This document shows, piece by piece, positions 63,191 through 64,000 of a DNA stretch of 64,000 nt (position 1 is its first letter; each line of letters begins with the position of its first letter). The notes beneath the pieces are model-generated. The model did no database searches and was not told where the DNA came from. It saw only the letters and a program-made list of their open reading frames with translations. The stretch covers positions 124,001 through 188,000 of the forward strand of contig QPGO01000062.1 in assembly GCA_008632985.1 (NCBI GenBank), given 5' to 3'. A program made the translations under genes and the position numbers. This DNA comes from Psammoneis japonica. Taxonomy: Eukaryota.

Positions 63191-64000
63191 TCACACATGC
63201 CACGCAAACCCAATCTCATCCAATCGCTCCTTGCGTTTCTTGGAAAGCTTGTCTTGTCGTGACCGTTGCGTACTCGCCCAGTACCCCAGCTTTTCATCCT
63301 CCTTACATTGCGACGGGACGCGGCAGTGTCCGTGCACCTTCTTGAATTTTTCAAGTCGTTCAAACATGCTATCCCACGTTTCTCGCAAACACCATGCAAA
63401 TCCAATACTCTCCAACAAGTCTCGTCGTTCTTGTGATAGCGAATCTCGTGATTGACGTTGGGTTTGGACCCAATTTCCAAGACGAGGATCAGGTTTGTAT
63501 TTGGTCGGGACACAACAATCACCATGGATCGCCTTGTAGTGTTGCAACCGAGCAAACATGACGTTCCAAATCGACTTGTCTCGGACACACCACTCGAAAC
63601 CAGCAGCCACGAGGCGTTCAATACGCGTGGGTGAGAGGGTATGCTTTTTAAAGTTGCGTCTCTGGCGTTCGACCCAACGACCTACGTACGAGGTGTTCAA
63701 TACACGCGTGAATGGGTGAGGAGAGGGTATGATTTTCAGAATTGCGTCCTTGTCTTTCGTCTCCACTCAACGACCTACCTAGCTTGGGGTCTGGCTTGTA
63801 TCGGTGTGGAACAAGACAATCGCCGTGCTTGAGCTTGTATTGGAGCAAGCGTTGATACATGGCGTTCCATGTCTCGTATGGTTGAGGACGTGGCTTTTGA
63901 TCTTGTTGTTCTTGTGGATCTTGTTGTTGCTTCGGACGGGTTGACGCTGTCGCAGAGAGCTGCGTGAGATGTAAAAGTCGTTCCGTATCCAGAGGCAACG
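63191..64000 (-). CDS. Helicase-associated (HA) repeat protein, 5' end probably outside the window
   Basis: Three HA repeats; intron 63778-63682 joins KLG|RWVERQR. Confidence 0.85.

Overview
Eukaryotic genomic DNA, most likely a pennate diatom. This is inferred from short GT-AG introns, PSxxPS mucin-like proteins, helicase-associated (HA) repeat proteins and PGAVAV-type membrane LRR proteins. Left part: three paralogous minus-strand membrane-anchored Pro/Ser/Thr-rich surface proteins, one giant and running off the window, with an apparently intact ~4.7-kb DNA transposon between copies 2 and 3. Middle: PGK, an HA-repeat gene, a prolyl 4-hydroxylase, a bestrophin, a palindromic MITE-like element and a metallophosphoesterase-like gene. 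Right: a tandem duplication of [membrane LRR gene + RNI-like LRR gene] and a second HA-repeat gene. The most striking feature is five sharply bounded tracts (~26.4-30.2, 41.0-45.5, 47.4-48.9, 51.9-56.9 and 61.7-63.0 kb) almost devoid of BOTH TpA and CpG and saturated with TpG/CpA. An in-window paralog pair, and decayed motifs in a piggyBac transposase and the bestrophin, indicate TA->CA/TG and CG->TG/CA conversion on both strands, with TTA/TAA contexts partly spared. This points to a regional, RIP-like but chemically distinct hypermutation process acting on transposon-rich DNA and leaking into neighbouring genes. The intact transposon also carries a ~270-nt densely structured non-coding segment. 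All counts and alignments were done by eye.
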